Assembly: GCF_009914755.1 (NCBI RefSeq)
Contig: NC_060931.1
Origin: the human T2T-CHM13v2.0 reference genome, Homo sapiens
Length of the DNA stretch: 64,000 nucleotides
Strand: one strand, 5' to 3'
Shown here: in pieces, positions 43,110 to 57,581 of the stretch
Layout: every line of letters begins with the position of its first letter
Numbering within the stretch: position 1 is the first letter of the stretch
Program-made: the position numbers and the translations under genes
Notes under the pieces: generated by a model
The model's input: the letters and a program-made list of their open reading frames with translations, nothing else
What the model was told of the DNA's origin: nothing
Databases searched by the model: none

Positions 43110-43440
43110 CCCCTCTTTCAGCTTTATTGAGGTATAATTGATAAATAAAATTATATATTCCAGGTATACAACATAATGTTTTGGCAAATGTATACATTGT
43201 GAAATGGTTACCACAATCAAGCTAATTAATACATAGTTCCCTTTGGGTTTGTGTGGTGAGAACATAGTTACCTTTGGGTTTGTGTGGTGAGAACACTTGA
43301 GATTTACTCTTTCAGTAAGCTTCAAGTGTACAATATAGTATTACTAAGTATAGTCACCATGCTGTATTCCAGATGTCCAGAACTTATTCATCATAGAACT
43401 GCAGGTTTATATCCTTTGACCAACATCTGCACCTCCCTAC
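43110..43440 (-). mobile_element. L1M 3' fragment with a 31-bp internal tandem duplication
   Basis: L1 3'-end motifs; CATAGTT(C/A)CCTTTGGGTTTGTGTGGTGAGAA occurs twice. Confidence 0.75.
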
Positions 43441-44310
43441 CCCTATTATTTTTGTTATGTTTTGTAATATACACAATGCATTTCTATCCTAGTTCATGGT
43501 TCATAGTTATAAATAAGTGTACATATATAAGGGGTTTATTCTTCAATAAAAGTATGCTTTTTTGAAAAAACAAAAAAGCAAGAAAATTTGATTATGAAAA
43601 ACTATTAATTATTTTTTTAAAAGCTATAGCAATTAACATATTGTGCTTTTGCACAAGGATATACAACATAGGGACTCAGCCCCACATGTAAAGTTGAAGT
43701 TGTGCACACACAGCCACCCCACCTCTGGTTGTGTCTTTAGAGAAACTGGCAAAAGTACAAGCCGACATGCACAGTAGAGAAGAAGAGAGAGCAGAAGGGG
43801 CTGAGTGAGCATGTGGAAGCTTCACTATCACAAAGGTGGCCTTGAACTGGGGGTTAAGGATGGGTTAGGTCAGTAATTTGGGAAGAAACTGGCTCTCCAC
43901 TTTAAGATTCCTACCTAACTCCCACCCCACGCACAAAAGGCAGATCAAACAAATACATGTGCAGAAGAAAACCTTCAAGGTATTGGGAGAATAAAAATGA
44001 GAATATGTTTGTGCTTCAAGGTAAGGGACAGGCTTTCTTAAAAAGGTGTGATCCCCGAGGAAGGAGAGCAAGTTAAAGCAGATTCATTTAGTACACAACC
44101 TTTTCTTGCGTGAGGTCACAGGAAGCCAGAAGGAATTGCAGTTGTGGGATTATCATGCAAAAATGTGAGAAACTGTCAAAGCAGCTGCTTTGAGGGGCTG
44201 GGGGAGATAAGAGTGAGGCGGATTTGGTGGGCTGCGAAGGAGCCTGTGAGCAGCTTTCTAGAACACCTTTCTGTGTCAGGCTCAGGACAGCCCCTCGATC
44301 TCTTGCCACT

Positions 44311-44515
44311 AGTGCAGCAGTTTTTAAGTCAGTTTGAATAAGAATCAGCTCTGGAGGTTATTTTAAAATGCACATTTTCACCCTTCATTCCAAGATTCTG
44401 TCTTATTGTGTTGGATGCTTCCCAGAACCTGTACTTTTTTTTTTTTTTTTAATTAAAAGCCTCACGTGCTTCTTATCCAGGTGGTCCGTGGAGTACACTT
44501 TGAGAAACACTCTTC
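44311..44515. mobile_element. MER5-like hAT element
   Basis: AGAATCAG...CACTTTGAGAAACACT terminus. Confidence 0.6.
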
Positions 44516-44999
44516 TAGGAGCCAGGACTATAAGGCTGATTCAAGGTTTAGGGTTCTGGAAGAAAGAGGATCCAATAGACAAGAGACCAGATAAACATGA
44601 ACCCAGCACTGCTCCCCTGCAGTATTCTGGACTCTGGATTTCTTGTAGACTCAAGCTTCTCTATCATTATTCAGAAACCTCTTCCTCATGACCACATTTG
44701 TTTAATCTCATTCCTGCATACCGGGGCCTTTGACACATCAGCTGTGATATTTTCTAAACGGAAATTAGTTCTTCAGGGTAAGCGTTGCTTCTCTGCTTTC
44801 TTCTCCTGCTGTTTCCTGGCTTATAATTAGTTTCTTATTCTTTACACCAGCCATGTGCTTCCAATTCATCAATCAGAATGAAGGACTGCATTTTGAGACA
44901 GGAAGAGTCATTTTCTAAGACCTGCCTCAAAGTCAAGATATTTTAAAGAGAAAAAGATTTAAGACAGGTTACAATAGCCAGACTGTGAGCTCCAGTCAG

Positions 45000-45538
45000 T
45001 GAAAGAGAATAAGCCATATGGGTTCCAAATGAAATAAAGGAATGAAGGCTGCCTGGACTATCCGGGGGTAGGGGGGCAGCCTCCTTATTTTATGTCCATT
45101 CATCATATCCACTCTGATATCCTCAGACACAGGGTAGAGACCACAGTCAGTCCATCCACCTATGGGACTGCCCTTTTAGATAGACTTGGGCCTTTAAAAC
45201 TAGCATTAGAGGGGGAGCTTCTATGTGTCCTCACTCTAATGGGGGACCACGTTGACAGTATGCATTTCTTGGTATCAAAGTTAGCTCAGATGCCGTCTCC
45301 AACAGCCTTGAAAGACCTAGTTATTCCCCTTCCCTAGGTGTACAAATTTCTCAGGTAACTAGTCTTCGATCTTTTGGGGGAAAAGGCTCGGAGAATCACT
45401 GCCATATATACTTGCTAGAACATTACAAGGTTCTCCCTCAAGGCAATCTGCCTTCCCCTTCATTCAAAGGACTCTGAGTTGGAGAACAGGAGGAGCTGAC
45501 ATCATTCTTTCATTCATCTTCTCTTAATACGTTCCAAT

Positions 45539-45587
<49 letters not shown>

Positions 45588-46710
45588 TATGTATTATGTA
45601 TATATGAGAGAGATATACATATCTATATCTCATATATATCTCATATATATATCATATATATCTCATATATATCTCATATATATCATATATATCTCTCATA
45701 TATATCTCATATATATATCTCATATATATATATATATATATGGGAGAGATATATATGTATATATGGAATACATATGTGGAATACCACTGTGGTAGCCCAA
45801 TTTCCTTACCCCTAGGAACACTGTGGTTTATTAGCTGTCACCCCAGATTTCTGTAGAGCAGGGCTCCTTGGCTGCTTTTCTGGCTTTATGTCTTCTCACA
45901 CTAATTCTGCCCATTTGGACTCTTATTTTGAAATTACATCATCTCCATTGACCCTTGGGAGCTAATTCCTTAACAGCGTCTCCTATAGTCAACCCTGCCC
46001 CACAGGGCACAGCTTCCACCAAGACTCTCAAGAACGCTGATTCCTCCCATTTCAGAACATGCCCTTCTTTCCTAATTCAGAGGGTTCTCTGGGCTCTCGC
46101 AGGGAATACAGTTATCCAGTGAGTTCTCAGGTTTAGTGGGAAAGTCCACTCTAGCATGCCTACCTCTCGAAGCCTTTTAATGCCTCCCTCTGTAACTGTG
46201 TCCAGGCAGCTCCAACATCTCCGTATCATGTCATGCGACCAAGGTTTCCTCCATGTTTCCAGGGAGCCATCCCAGGAGTGTCTAAGGACCAACACCAGGA
46301 GCCCTGTCAGGGTACTAAATTATGAAAGCACCCCCGTAGAATTAAACTCTGCTTCTTCAGGCTTACATTCCACAACCCACCACTGAGCACCCTCCAAGTC
46401 TGCTTCTAGGCACGTTCTCCATGTTGGCCCGGAGGTGTGAACTCCTTGAGTGGATAATCCTTTTTATCTCTCAGCAGGGCTGTAGTGTTCCTCAATGGCC
46501 CATGCTGAGACCTGATCCAAATTATCAGTCTAATATCCAGAGGGGACATGGAATGAATTCTGCTGCAGGGCAAGGGTAAGATCCTTCAGATACTTGCATT
46601 AGGGCAGGGATGCTTGAAATGGTTGAAAACCTATGATATGACCCACAAGTTGGCGTACCTATGACTATCACTTTTTTACCCATTCTCCTGCAGACCAATA
46701 GTACCATGAT
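45000..46710 (-). mobile_element. ERVL-type internal (gag-like) fragment
   Basis: Minus-strand peptide EGGIKRLREVGMLEW resembles ERVL gag. Boundaries are approximate. Confidence 0.6.
45541..45780. repeat. Compound (AT)n/(AG)n/ATATATCTC low-complexity repeat
   Basis: Read directly from the sequence. Confidence 0.9.
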
Positions 46711-47227
46711 TTGTTATGTAGAAAAAAATGTCAGTGTGTCCAAAAGATAGCAGATCTGATACACGTTAGATGTCTTACTGAAGTGCAAAGTTGTTATTCC
46801 AACATTTATCCTGAGCAATGAATAAGCACTATTTTAGCCTATAGACAATAATTGGATAAATGCTTGAGTGAAGCTAGTCTTCCCATATAGTCTCCTAAAT
46901 GAATCCCTTTACAGACCAGTCCTTGAGGAATTTGTCTGTCTTAGGAAGCAGGTGGAATGGGTCTCCACCAGCCCATAGAAGAGCTGAAAGAACTTTGCTG
47001 TCAGCAAGGCTGCTTGGCTGACACAGCTGGGAGATTGTAGTTTGGTCTTTAGGTAACTCATGAGGGTGGGGTGGAGAACAGGGTGCAGCTGCCGCCAGGG
47101 GAGTGTGATATTAGGGGAGAGATGAGGAGTTAAGCTGTGTTTCTCTTTGTACAGAATACAGTGAATTCATGGGCAGGAAATGAGATGAGGCTGGTCTATC
47201 TTGTGTACCAGGAGTAGTCACAAGGCA

Positions 47228-47266
47228 GATTTTCAGTGTGGTGTAGCACAGGTCTGAATCACTGTG
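47228..47266 (-). other. TRGV8 23-RSS
   Basis: CACAGTG, 23 bp, CTGAAAATC. Confidence 0.92.
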
Positions 47267-47745
47267 CCTATCCCAGGTGGCACAGTAATAGACCCCAGAG
47301 TCACGTTCAATTAGATTTTCCAGTATAAATTTAAGGCTCTTCCCTGTGCTTGCATAAGTATGATACTTTTCTCGACTGATTCCTGATTCCAACACAACCC
47401 TGGAGTTGTAGGAGTCATAGTACAGAAGACGCTGTGGGGCCTTCCCCTCCTGGTGTAGGTACCAGTGGGTGTAGACGGCATTTTCTACAGGAAGATCACA
47501 AGTGATTACAGCTGATGACCCAGTTGGCCTGGTGACTGACTTTGTTCTCCCTTCCAAGTTGGAAGATTTCTGACTGGCTGCAATGGGAACAACACAAAAT
47601 GTAATGAGGCATTTCTTAGTATGGTATCCCTTGCAAAAGAAGAAAATAAACAAAACGAAACAAAATAAAACCTGTGAGCCTCTCTGTAGGCAGCACTCTT
47701 ACCAGGAGGCAGGAAAGCTAGAAGCAGAGCTAGAGCCAACAGCAT
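47267..47745 (-). CDS. TRGV8: T cell receptor gamma variable 8 (functional); leader 47745-47703, V exon 47577-47267
   Basis: [54 protein letters not shown]...YYCATWDR, with canonical splice sites. Confidence 0.97.
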
Positions 47746-49167
47746 GCCTTCCTCTCTGGGGTCTTGGAAGTAAGGGACCAGACGAAGAGGAGCAGAAGAC
47801 CCTCTCAAAACTCAGGTCCCACTCAACAAGGAAGTGATCCCTAACACAGAAGACAGTAGGAGGAGCTGGTCTTCCTGATTCACAGGCAGAGATAAGTGAT
47901 TGAGGATCTGTCTTAGGGGACTCTGGGTGGTGCCTAGGAGGACCTGCAGAGGAGTTTCTGCCTCTCTGCTCAGGCCAGTTCTCCAGCGCCCTCTGTGGCG
48001 GCTGAGAGCAGGCCCTCTAAGGAAGAGAGCTCCGGGCATAGAGAGCTCAGGCCTGCAGCAGAGGGAGTGCAGATGTGGGGGAAGCTGACCCTGGAGTTAA
48101 CAGGCTCAGACCTTAAAGGGGGTAGTCTCACAGCAGGTTCACACCCAGCACTTCAGAGTTTCAGCAAGTAAGGCAACTGCAAGACCCTCATTCTGCCGGG
48201 AAGCTTCTGATTAGGGCCCTAAACCACCATCCTTTTCACATCTGCAAGGACACTAGAGGCAACACCCAGGGTCACTCTGAGAGGGCCTGAACCTGCTTTA
48301 TTAACAGGATCGAGGGTCAGGTATGTTGGTGGGTCTTGGACTCTCCTCTAAGGTAAATGGGTGTGTGGGGGTGGGGCGGGTGTTTGTGTGATCCTCTGTG
48401 AGTTTGTGTGTGTGTGTGTGTTGGGAGTGTATGCCTGTGTGTGTGATCTCTTTATTAGAGGATTTCCGTTCATTCAAGTAGAAGTGTGAGTTTTTTTTTT
48501 TAAAGTAATACAGGGTGCCATGTCATGCAATATTTGGGACATACTTCAGCTAAAAACTTGTTATTTATCTGAACGTCCAAATTTCCTGAGTATTGCATAT
48601 TTTACTTAGCAACCGTATCCTCAGAAAGCTGACTGATGTCTGCAGTGGACCTGGACTTATAGATGGAGATACAGGTGATAAAACAAGTATAGTAAAATAA
48701 TTGTGAAAATTCAGTAGTGCATACACAGATTTTCACTTCGGTAAAAAAAAAAAAAAGTTTGGACACATGTTTAAGATATTCATAAAACGTAGAACAATGT
48801 CCCTCTTGGTTGTTGTTTTGGCCTAGCTCAGAGAGTTCAGTTTTTGCTGACATCACAGCTGGGAATGAGAAAGGCAGGGGGCTCCAGTTGGTCTCCCTCT
48901 GCCTCTCCACCACACGTACAGGACTTGAGGCTGCCAGGGGAGGAGCTCTGAAAGCTGAGTCATTGGGGTCCTTGTGAAGGAGGGAAGCTCACCTGCCTTG
49001 GAGCCAGGAAAATCCTGCCTGGGACAGAACTCTCATGGTTTAAAAATGAGAAGGGAGAGAACTGCCATCACATTAGAATGCACAGAAAATCCTTAAAACA
49101 AAAAAGTAATGAGAGAAACAATCTCCACTGGAATATAAAATGAACTACAAAACTACAGTGCTGAAGA

Positions 49168-49724
49168 TGTAATGCCCAACCGTGTTTTTACTAACCCTGT
49201 TTTTAGACTCTCCCTTTTCCTTTAATCACCTGGCCTTGTTTCCACCTGAATTGACTCTCCCTTAGCTAAGAGAGCCAGACAGACTCCATCTTGGCTCTTT
49301 CACTGGCAGCCCCTTCCTCAAGGACTTAACTTGTGCAAGCTGACTCCCAGCACATCCAAGAATGCAATTAACTGATAAGATACTGTGGCAAGCTATATCC
49401 GCAATTCCCAGGAATCCATCTGATTGATAACGCCCAAAGCCCCAAGTCTATGACCTTGTAATAGTCTTAAAGCCCCTGCACCTGGAACTGTTTACTTTCC
49501 TGTAACCATTTATCCTTTTAACTTTTTGCCTACTTTATTTCTGTAAAATTGTTTTAACTAGACACCCCTCCCCTTTCCAAACCAAAGTATAAAAGAAAAT
49601 CTAGCCCTTTCTTCGGGGCCGAGAGAATTTTGAGCATTAGCCGTCTCTTGGCCGCCGGCTAAATAAACGGAATCTTAATTTGTCTCAAAGTGTGGCATTT
49701 TCTCTAACTCATTCAGATACAACA
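49168..49724 (+). mobile_element. Solo ERV1 LTR (LTR6A/B-like)
   Basis: TG...CA, 557 bp, 4-bp TSD AAGA. The site is empty in sister duplicons (GTGCTGAAGAGA at ~54804, ~59461, ~63784). Family name is from recall. Confidence 0.85.
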
Positions 49725-51149
49725 AAGAGAGGACAATACTGGCACTAGACTGAAAAGATTCATGGAACACAGTGGAAAGTCCAGAAAGAGAGCCACGTGT
49801 ATGTAATATTTTATCATGTCATAAAGTTGTATGTTAATATCCACAAGGAAATACTTGATTATTTACTATGTTCTCCTTTGGGAATTGACTTACCATATGG
49901 AAACAAATATCCTTGGGTTGCTAACTTAAAAGGTACAAATAGAGATTTAGTTGTAATAAAACTGAAAAAAGGAAATCAGACTTAAACGATGATGAATTGC
50001 ACACTAATTGTAGGTGACATTGGTCTCGCTGAGCCTGACATCATAATACAGACCCTAGAAAAATTGATAGATTTTATTAAAAGTAATATACAAAGTTCAG
50101 TTCACCAAAAGGTGCTGAAAATAAATAATAGCAAATGATGAGAAATATTTTCAACACGTTTGATAAAGGATCAATATCTCGAAAATGGTGTATATTAATT
50201 CTTACAAACAAATAAGAAAAAATTAATACCCCAACAGAAGGATAGGCAAACAGTATGAAAAGGCAATTCACAAAAGAAGAAGTATAAATGGCCTATAAAA
50301 TTGTAAAATAATGCTAGTATTCATAAAGATAAGAAAATGCAAATTGAATGAACAAATCTCATTTTCTGAACCCCAGAGCTTGGATTGCAATTGCTATCAA
50401 ATTAAACTATATGACTTAGGGAATGTTAGTTAACCCCTCACTTTCTCATCTGCTATATTCAATGTTACTTAAACCCGTTGATAAGGTTTCTGTGAAGATT
50501 AAATAAAATATACATGTAATGTGCTTAGTACAGTAACTACCGGAAAGTCAGTACCCATATTTATCATCAGTATTATTATTATTGCTATAGTAATTATTGT
50601 ATAAAAATTCCAGATAGATCATATCAAGTAATAAATGAATAAAATATTAATGAAATGATATGAATTTCTTTAGGCATACTTCTGAAGTATGTTCACCTTT
50701 CCAAGTAGGACACAAAATCCAGACACCAGAAACTAAAAGATTGATTGAAATGTATAAAAACAGAATATCAGAACAAAAACATAAATATGCCATTCAAATA
50801 GAAATAATGCATACTGCACATATATGACAAGCAAAAGAGGTATTTCTGTAATAGTGATAGACTTCTGAATAAATAAGAAAAAGTGAAAAAGTTCAACTGA
50901 ACTAATAAAGATATTGTTACCTATAGGGTGAGACACAGAAGAGAAAAGAGAATTCTAGAATGGAAGCTAAAATCTCTAAATTGATCTTGTTTTATAATTT
51001 TGACTTCAGTTCCATGTAAAGGTTTTACATATACAAATCAAAATAATACAACAGATTTCCAAAATATAAAAATGAAAACTGAACGAATAAACTAGCTGTA
51101 TCAAAGTTGGCATGAACATATAGAGAATGATTCTGTATTCTGATTGTGT

Positions 51150-51330
51150 GCCCAAAAAAGAAAGAAAGAGAGAGAAAAGGAAGCAAGGAAAAAAAGAAGG
51201 AAATAAGAGAGGGAGGGAGGAAGAAAGGAAGGAAGTAAGGAAGGGAAGGAGAGAGGGAGGAAGAAAGAAAGGAAGGAAGGAAGGAAGGAAGGCAAGCTAG
51301 GGAGGGAGCTAGGGAGGGAGGGAGGGGAGG
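51150..51330. repeat. Purine-rich (GGAA/GGGA)n tract, with paralogues at ~56920-57070 and ~61200-61390
   Basis: Read directly from the sequence. Confidence 0.9.
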
Positions 51331-51883
51331 CCAGAAAAAGGGATGTGTAGAAAAATAGCAAGTAACCAAGAAAGTAGAGAGAGAGACAAAAAGGAAAGCA
51401 GAGGGAGACAATGTTCAACTGCATACCTAGGCTTAGTGTTTTAGTGGTAATTATACTATTGCTTATATTGTTATAGACATAAAGAATAAGCAACACTCTC
51501 AGCTGTGATCTCTAGATATATGATTCAGTATAAATATCCTTCCCATTTGCTGTCCAAAATTATCTCGCTTCGCAGTTGGACCCTAGGTGTACCTGTTGGT
51601 CCGAGGAAGCAGAGTGAGTGGGCCTCCCCCATGTCCTCGGAGAGCTGAGAGAGTCTTGCTCTCAGCCAGGCTGCTTGGCTGAGGCCTGAAGATGACAGCT
51701 TGTCTTCAGGAAAGTCCTGGGGGAGGGTGGGGAACAGGGTGCAGCTGCTGCCAGGAGAGTGTGATATTAGGGGAGAGATCAGGAATTATGCTGTGTTTCT
51801 CTTTGTACAGAATACAGTAAATTCGGTGGCAACAAATGAGAGGGGGCTGGTCTATCTTGTGTACCAGAAGCAGTCACAAGGCA

Positions 51884-51922
51884 GATTTTCAGTGTGGTGT
51901 AGGGCAGGTGTGAATCACTGTG
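51884..51922 (-). other. TRGV7 23-RSS
   Basis: CACAGTG, 23 bp, CTGAAAATC. Confidence 0.92.
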
Positions 51923-52396
51923 CCTGTCCCAGGTGGCACAGTAATAGATCCAGAATCATTTTCAATTAGATTTTGCAGTATCAATTTCCAGCTCCTCCTC
52001 ATGCTTGCATAAGTAAAATACTTTCCTCTACTGATTCTTGATTCCAACACAACCCTGGAGTAGTAGGGGTCATAGTATGGAAGATGCTGTGGGGCCTTCC
52101 CCGCCTGGTGCAGGTACCAGTGGATGTAGAAGGTATTTATTACAGTAAGATCACAAGTGATTACAGCAGATGACCCAGCTGGCCTGGTGACTGACTTCCT
52201 TCTCCCTTGCAAGTTGGAAGATTTCTGACTGGCTGCAATGGGAACAGCACAAAATATAATGAGGAACTCCTTAGAACGGCACCCCTTGCAAAATGAGAAA
52301 ACAAAACAGAACAAAATAAAACCCATCAGCCTCTCTGTAGGCAGCACACTTACCAAGAGGCAGGAAAGCTAGAAGCAGGGCTGGGGCCCACCGCAT
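51923..52396 (-). pseudogene. TRGV7: T cell receptor gamma variable 7 pseudogene; leader 52396-52354, V exon 52232-51923
   Basis: [36 protein letters not shown]...; a 1-nt deletion near 51949 (GATTCTGGATCTATTAC vs GACTCTGGGGTCTATTAC in V8) shifts YYC out of frame. Confidence 0.93.
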
Positions 52397-52979
52397 GCCT
52401 TCCTCTCTGGGGTCTTGGAAGGAAAGGGACCAGATGAAGAGGAGCAGAAGACGCTTTCAAAACTCAGGTCCCACTCAAACAGGAAGTGTTCCCTAGCACA
52501 GAAGGCAGTAGGAGGAGCTGGTCTTCCTGAGTCACAGGCAGGGAGAAGTGATGGAGGATCTGTCTTAGGGGACTCCCCAGCCTTCCTCCCAGAGGGGTGG
52601 TGTCTGGGAGGACCTGCAGAGGAGCTCCTGCCTCTCTGCTCAGGCCCCTTCTCCAGCGCCATCTTGTGGCAGCAGAGAGCAGGCCCTCTGCAGAAGAGAG
52701 CCAGGGGCATGGAGAGCTCAGGCCTCCAGCAGAGGGAGTGCAGATGTGGGGAAAGCTGACCCTGGCGCCAGCTGGCCAGGGCCATAGGACGGGGCAGTCC
52801 ACAGCAGGCTCACACCCTGCCCTTCAGAGTTTCAGCAGTTGATGCTGCTTCCAGGACCTTGTCCTGTCAGGAAGCTTGATTTGGTCTTTCAACTGCTTTC
52901 CTTTTCACATTCGCAAGGACACTTGGAGGCAAAATACCCAGGGCCACTCTGAGAAGGCCTGAACCTGCTTTATTAACAG

Positions 52980-53691
52980 TGTAACACCTAAGGTTCTTGC
53001 CTAGCCACGCCATAGAATTGGTGTGGCGGCTGACCGCAGCGAGTGATAGAAACACGGACCGAGAGAGAGAAAAAGCTGTAGGCTTTATTGAGCAGAGTGA
53101 AAGTACAAAGCTTCCAAAGCATGGAGGGGGTCCAGAATGGGTAGCCAGAGTTAGATTATAGGATTGCCTTTTAAACTCTTCAAGGCGGGAAATACCTGAG
53201 GCGGGAAGATGTTACCAAAGCGAGAAACAAAGGCAATTAACCATTTGTAACATGTCTTAGATCTTGAGGAAAACCGGAATTGCAACTTAGGTTTTATCTA
53301 CTTTATGACCTTGCAGCGTCATGGCAAAGGAGACAGGATCTTACAGGACTTTACAAAGTATGTTTACAAGGAATTGGAATTGGGAGTATAGATAAGGTCT
53401 GCTGGTTACAGAAAAACGGGCAGTTAACGTTATTTTACTTTAGTTTTGGGGCAGGGGGAAGGAAGAGAGGGAGAGAGAACACAGGGAAACTTACAGGAAA
53501 ATTTTCGCTGTTCATAGCTTTCATGGGGAAGAAAACACATGCACAAATCCTGGTGTTCGGAATATTTTAAGCATATATCTTCAATATTATTCATCCAGGA
53601 CCGAAGTAAGTCGTGATGCAGGAAATGAGTGCGTTTCACAGCTTGCTGAGCCCCTACTCGACCCAGGAAGCCCAGCTGGCCCCTCCTCTCA
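52980..53691 (-). mobile_element. Solo ERV1 LTR (probably LTR30)
   Basis: 712 bp TG...CA with 4-bp TSD ACAG. Minus-strand AATAAA at ~53084-53089. The site is empty in the V8 duplicon (~48300). Family name is from recall. Confidence 0.8.
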
Positions 53692-53860
53692 ACAGGAGTG
53701 AGAATCAGGTATGTTGGTCGGCCATGGACTCTCCTCAATGGTAAATGGGTGTGTGGGGGTCAGGAGGGGGTGTGTGTGACCTTGTGTTTGTAACCTCTTT
53801 GTTAGAGGATTTCTGTTCATTCTCAAGTAAAAAGGCCACATCAAGTAGGAGTGTGAGATT

Positions 53861-54206
<346 letters not shown>

Positions 54207-54990
54207 TTATTTATCTGAACTTCCAATTTACCTGGGTATTGCGTATTTTATTTGGCAACTCTATCCTTGGAAAGCAGGCTAATATGTGCAGTGCACCTGG
54301 ATTCATAGATGAAGATATGGGTGATAAAACAAGTAGAATAAAATAATTGGGAACATTCAGTAGTGTATACACAGATATTCACCTCCTCTATAACAAATAT
54401 GTTTAGATTCATGTTTAAAATATTCCTAATAAGATGTAGAACAACATCCCTCTTGGTTGTGGTATTGGCTTAGCTCAGAGAATTCAGTTTCTGCTGTCAT
54501 CACAGCTGGGAATGAGAAAGGGAGGGGCTCTGGTTGGTCTCCCTCTGCCTCTGGAGCACACGTGGAGGACATGAGGCTGCCGCAGGAGCAGCTCTGAAAG
54601 CTGAGTTCTTGGGGTCACTGTGAAGGAGGGAAGCTCAGGTGCCTTGAAGCCTGGAAAATCCTTGCTGGGACCGATGTCTCACGGTTTAAAAATTAGAAGG
54701 GAGAGATTTGCCATTACATTGCAATGCATAGAACACCCTTAAAACAAAAAAGCAATAAAGGAAAGTAACTCCACTGTAATGTCAAAAGAACTATACAGCT
54801 ACAGTGCTGAAGAGACGGCAATACTGGCACTAGAATGAAAAGATTCATGGAACACACTGGAAAGTCCAGAAAGAGAGCCATGTGTATGTAATATTTTATC
54901 ACATGATAAAGTTGTACGTTAATATCCTTGAGAAACTACTGGATTATGTAATAAGTTCTCTTTTGGGAATTGACTTACCATATGGAAACA

Positions 54991-55292
54991 ATTTTTTTTT
55001 TTTTTTTTTTTGAGACAGAGTCTCTCTCTGTCCCCCAGGCTGGAGTGCGGTGGCACAATCTCGGCTCACTGCAAGCTCCGCCTCCTGGGTTCACGCCATT
55101 CTCCTGCCTCAGCCTTCTCAGTAGCTGGGACTACAGGCACCTGCCAACATGCCCAGCTAATTTTTTATATTTTTAGTAGAGATGGGGTTTCACCGTGTTA
55201 CCCCAGATAGTCTGGATCTCCTGATCTCGTGATTCACCCACCTCAGCCTCCCAAAGTGCTGGGATTACAGGCGTGAGCCACTGCACCCGGCC
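54991..55292 (-). mobile_element. AluY
   Basis: Reverse Alu with GCAAGCTCCGCCTCC/TTCACGCCATTC diagnostics; TSD core GAAACAA. Confidence 0.92.
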
Positions 55293-56316
55293 AGAAACAA
55301 ATCTTCTTAAGTTACTATGTTGCCAGCTACAAATGGAGATTTTCTTGTAATAAAACTGAAAACAGAAAATCATTAGACTTTAACCATGATGAATTGCACA
55401 CATATTGTAAGTGAGATTTGCCTCTCTGATCCTAACATCAAAATAGACCCCTTAGAAAAATTGATAGGTTTTATTAAAAGTAGTACACAAAGTTCAGTTC
55501 ACCAAAAGGTGCTGAAAATAATAGCAAACCACGAGAAATATTTTCAATACATTTGATAAAGGATCAATATCTCTAAAATGAGGTGTATTAATTCTTACAA
55601 ACCAATAAGAAAAAAATGATAACCAACAGAAGAATAGGCGAAGAGTATGAAATGGCAGTTGACAAAAGAAGAAGTATAAATGGCCTACAAAGTTGTTAAG
55701 TAATGCTAGCATTCACACAGGTAAGAAAATGCAAATTGAATTAACAAATCTCATTTTCTGAACCCCAGCGCTTGGATTGAAATTGCTATCGAATAAAGTA
55801 TATGACTTAGGGAATGTTAGTTAAGCCCTTTATTTCTCATCTGGTGTATTCAATGGTACTTTAACCCCTCAATGGGGTTTCTGTGAAGATTAAATAAAAC
55901 TTACATGCAATGTGATTAGTACAGTAACTACCAGAATGTCAGTACCCGTGTTTATCATTAGCATATTATTATTACTACGGTAATTATTGTATTAAAATTC
56001 CCAATAGATCAGAGATGCCATCATTAAATAGTCTATGAATAAAAGCATTCAAATAAATGATATGGACTTCTTTATTCATACTTATGAAGTGTATGCACTT
56101 TTAGAGGCAAGACACAAAATCTAGACACTGGAAGATAAAAGATTGATTAAAATGTATAAAACCTTATCAGAATGAAAATATAAATATGACGGTCAAATAG
56201 AAACAATATATACTGCACTATGACAAACAAAAGACTTTTCTGTAATACTGAAAGACTTGTTCTGAATAAGAAAAAGTGAAAAAGTTCAACTGAACTGATA
56301 AAAATATTGTTACCTA

Positions 56317-56805
<489 letters not shown>

Positions 56806-57542
56806 TTAAAATGAAAACTGAACAAATAAACTAGCTATATCAATGTTGGCATGAACATGTAAAGAAAAATTATTTCAAATGATTTTGTTGAAAAAATATT
56901 CGGATTATGTACCCAAAAAGGAAAGAAAGAGAGAGAAAAGCAAGGAAGGAAGAAATGAAAAAAGGAAGGAAGGAAGGGAGGGAGAGAGGGAGGGAGGGAG
57001 GGAGGGAAGAAAAAATAATAAAAGCAAGCAAGGAAGTAAGAAAGGAGAGAGAATAAAAGGGAGGGCAGAGGGAGAGAGTGTTTAACTGCATATCTAGGCC
57101 TAGTGTTTTAGTGGTATTTATAATATTGCCTATATTGTTATAGACATAAGGAGTAAGCAGCACTCTCAGCTGCGATCTCTGGACCATGATTGGATACATG
57201 ATTCAGTATAAATACCCTTCCCATTTGCTGTCCAAAATATCTCGCTTCACAGCTGGACCCTAAGAAACAGAGTGAGTGGGCCTCCCCCATGTCCTAGGAG
57301 AGCTGAGAAAACCTTGCTCTCAGCCAGGCTGCTTAGCTGAGGCTTAGCTGAGATGGCAGCTTAGTCTTCAGGAAAGTCCTGGGGGAGGGTGGGGAACAGG
57401 GTACAGCTGCTGACAGGAGAGTGTAATATTAGGGGGGAGATCAGGAGTTAAGCTGTTTCTCTTTGTACAGAATACAGTAAATTCAGGGCAGGAAATGAGA
57501 GGGGACGGCTCTCTCTTGTGTACCAGAAGCAGCCACAAGACA

Positions 57543-57581
57543 GATATTCAGTGTGGTGTAGAGCAGGTCTGAATCACTCTG
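57543..57581 (-). other. TRGV6 defective RSS
   Basis: Heptamer CAGAGTG (CAC lost), 23 bp, CTGAATATC. Confidence 0.85.

Noticed and set aside
51025-51496. Hydrophobic or low-complexity ORFs (also 56870-57199 and 61106-61499)
   Set aside because: These are translations of polypurine/polypyrimidine simple repeats.
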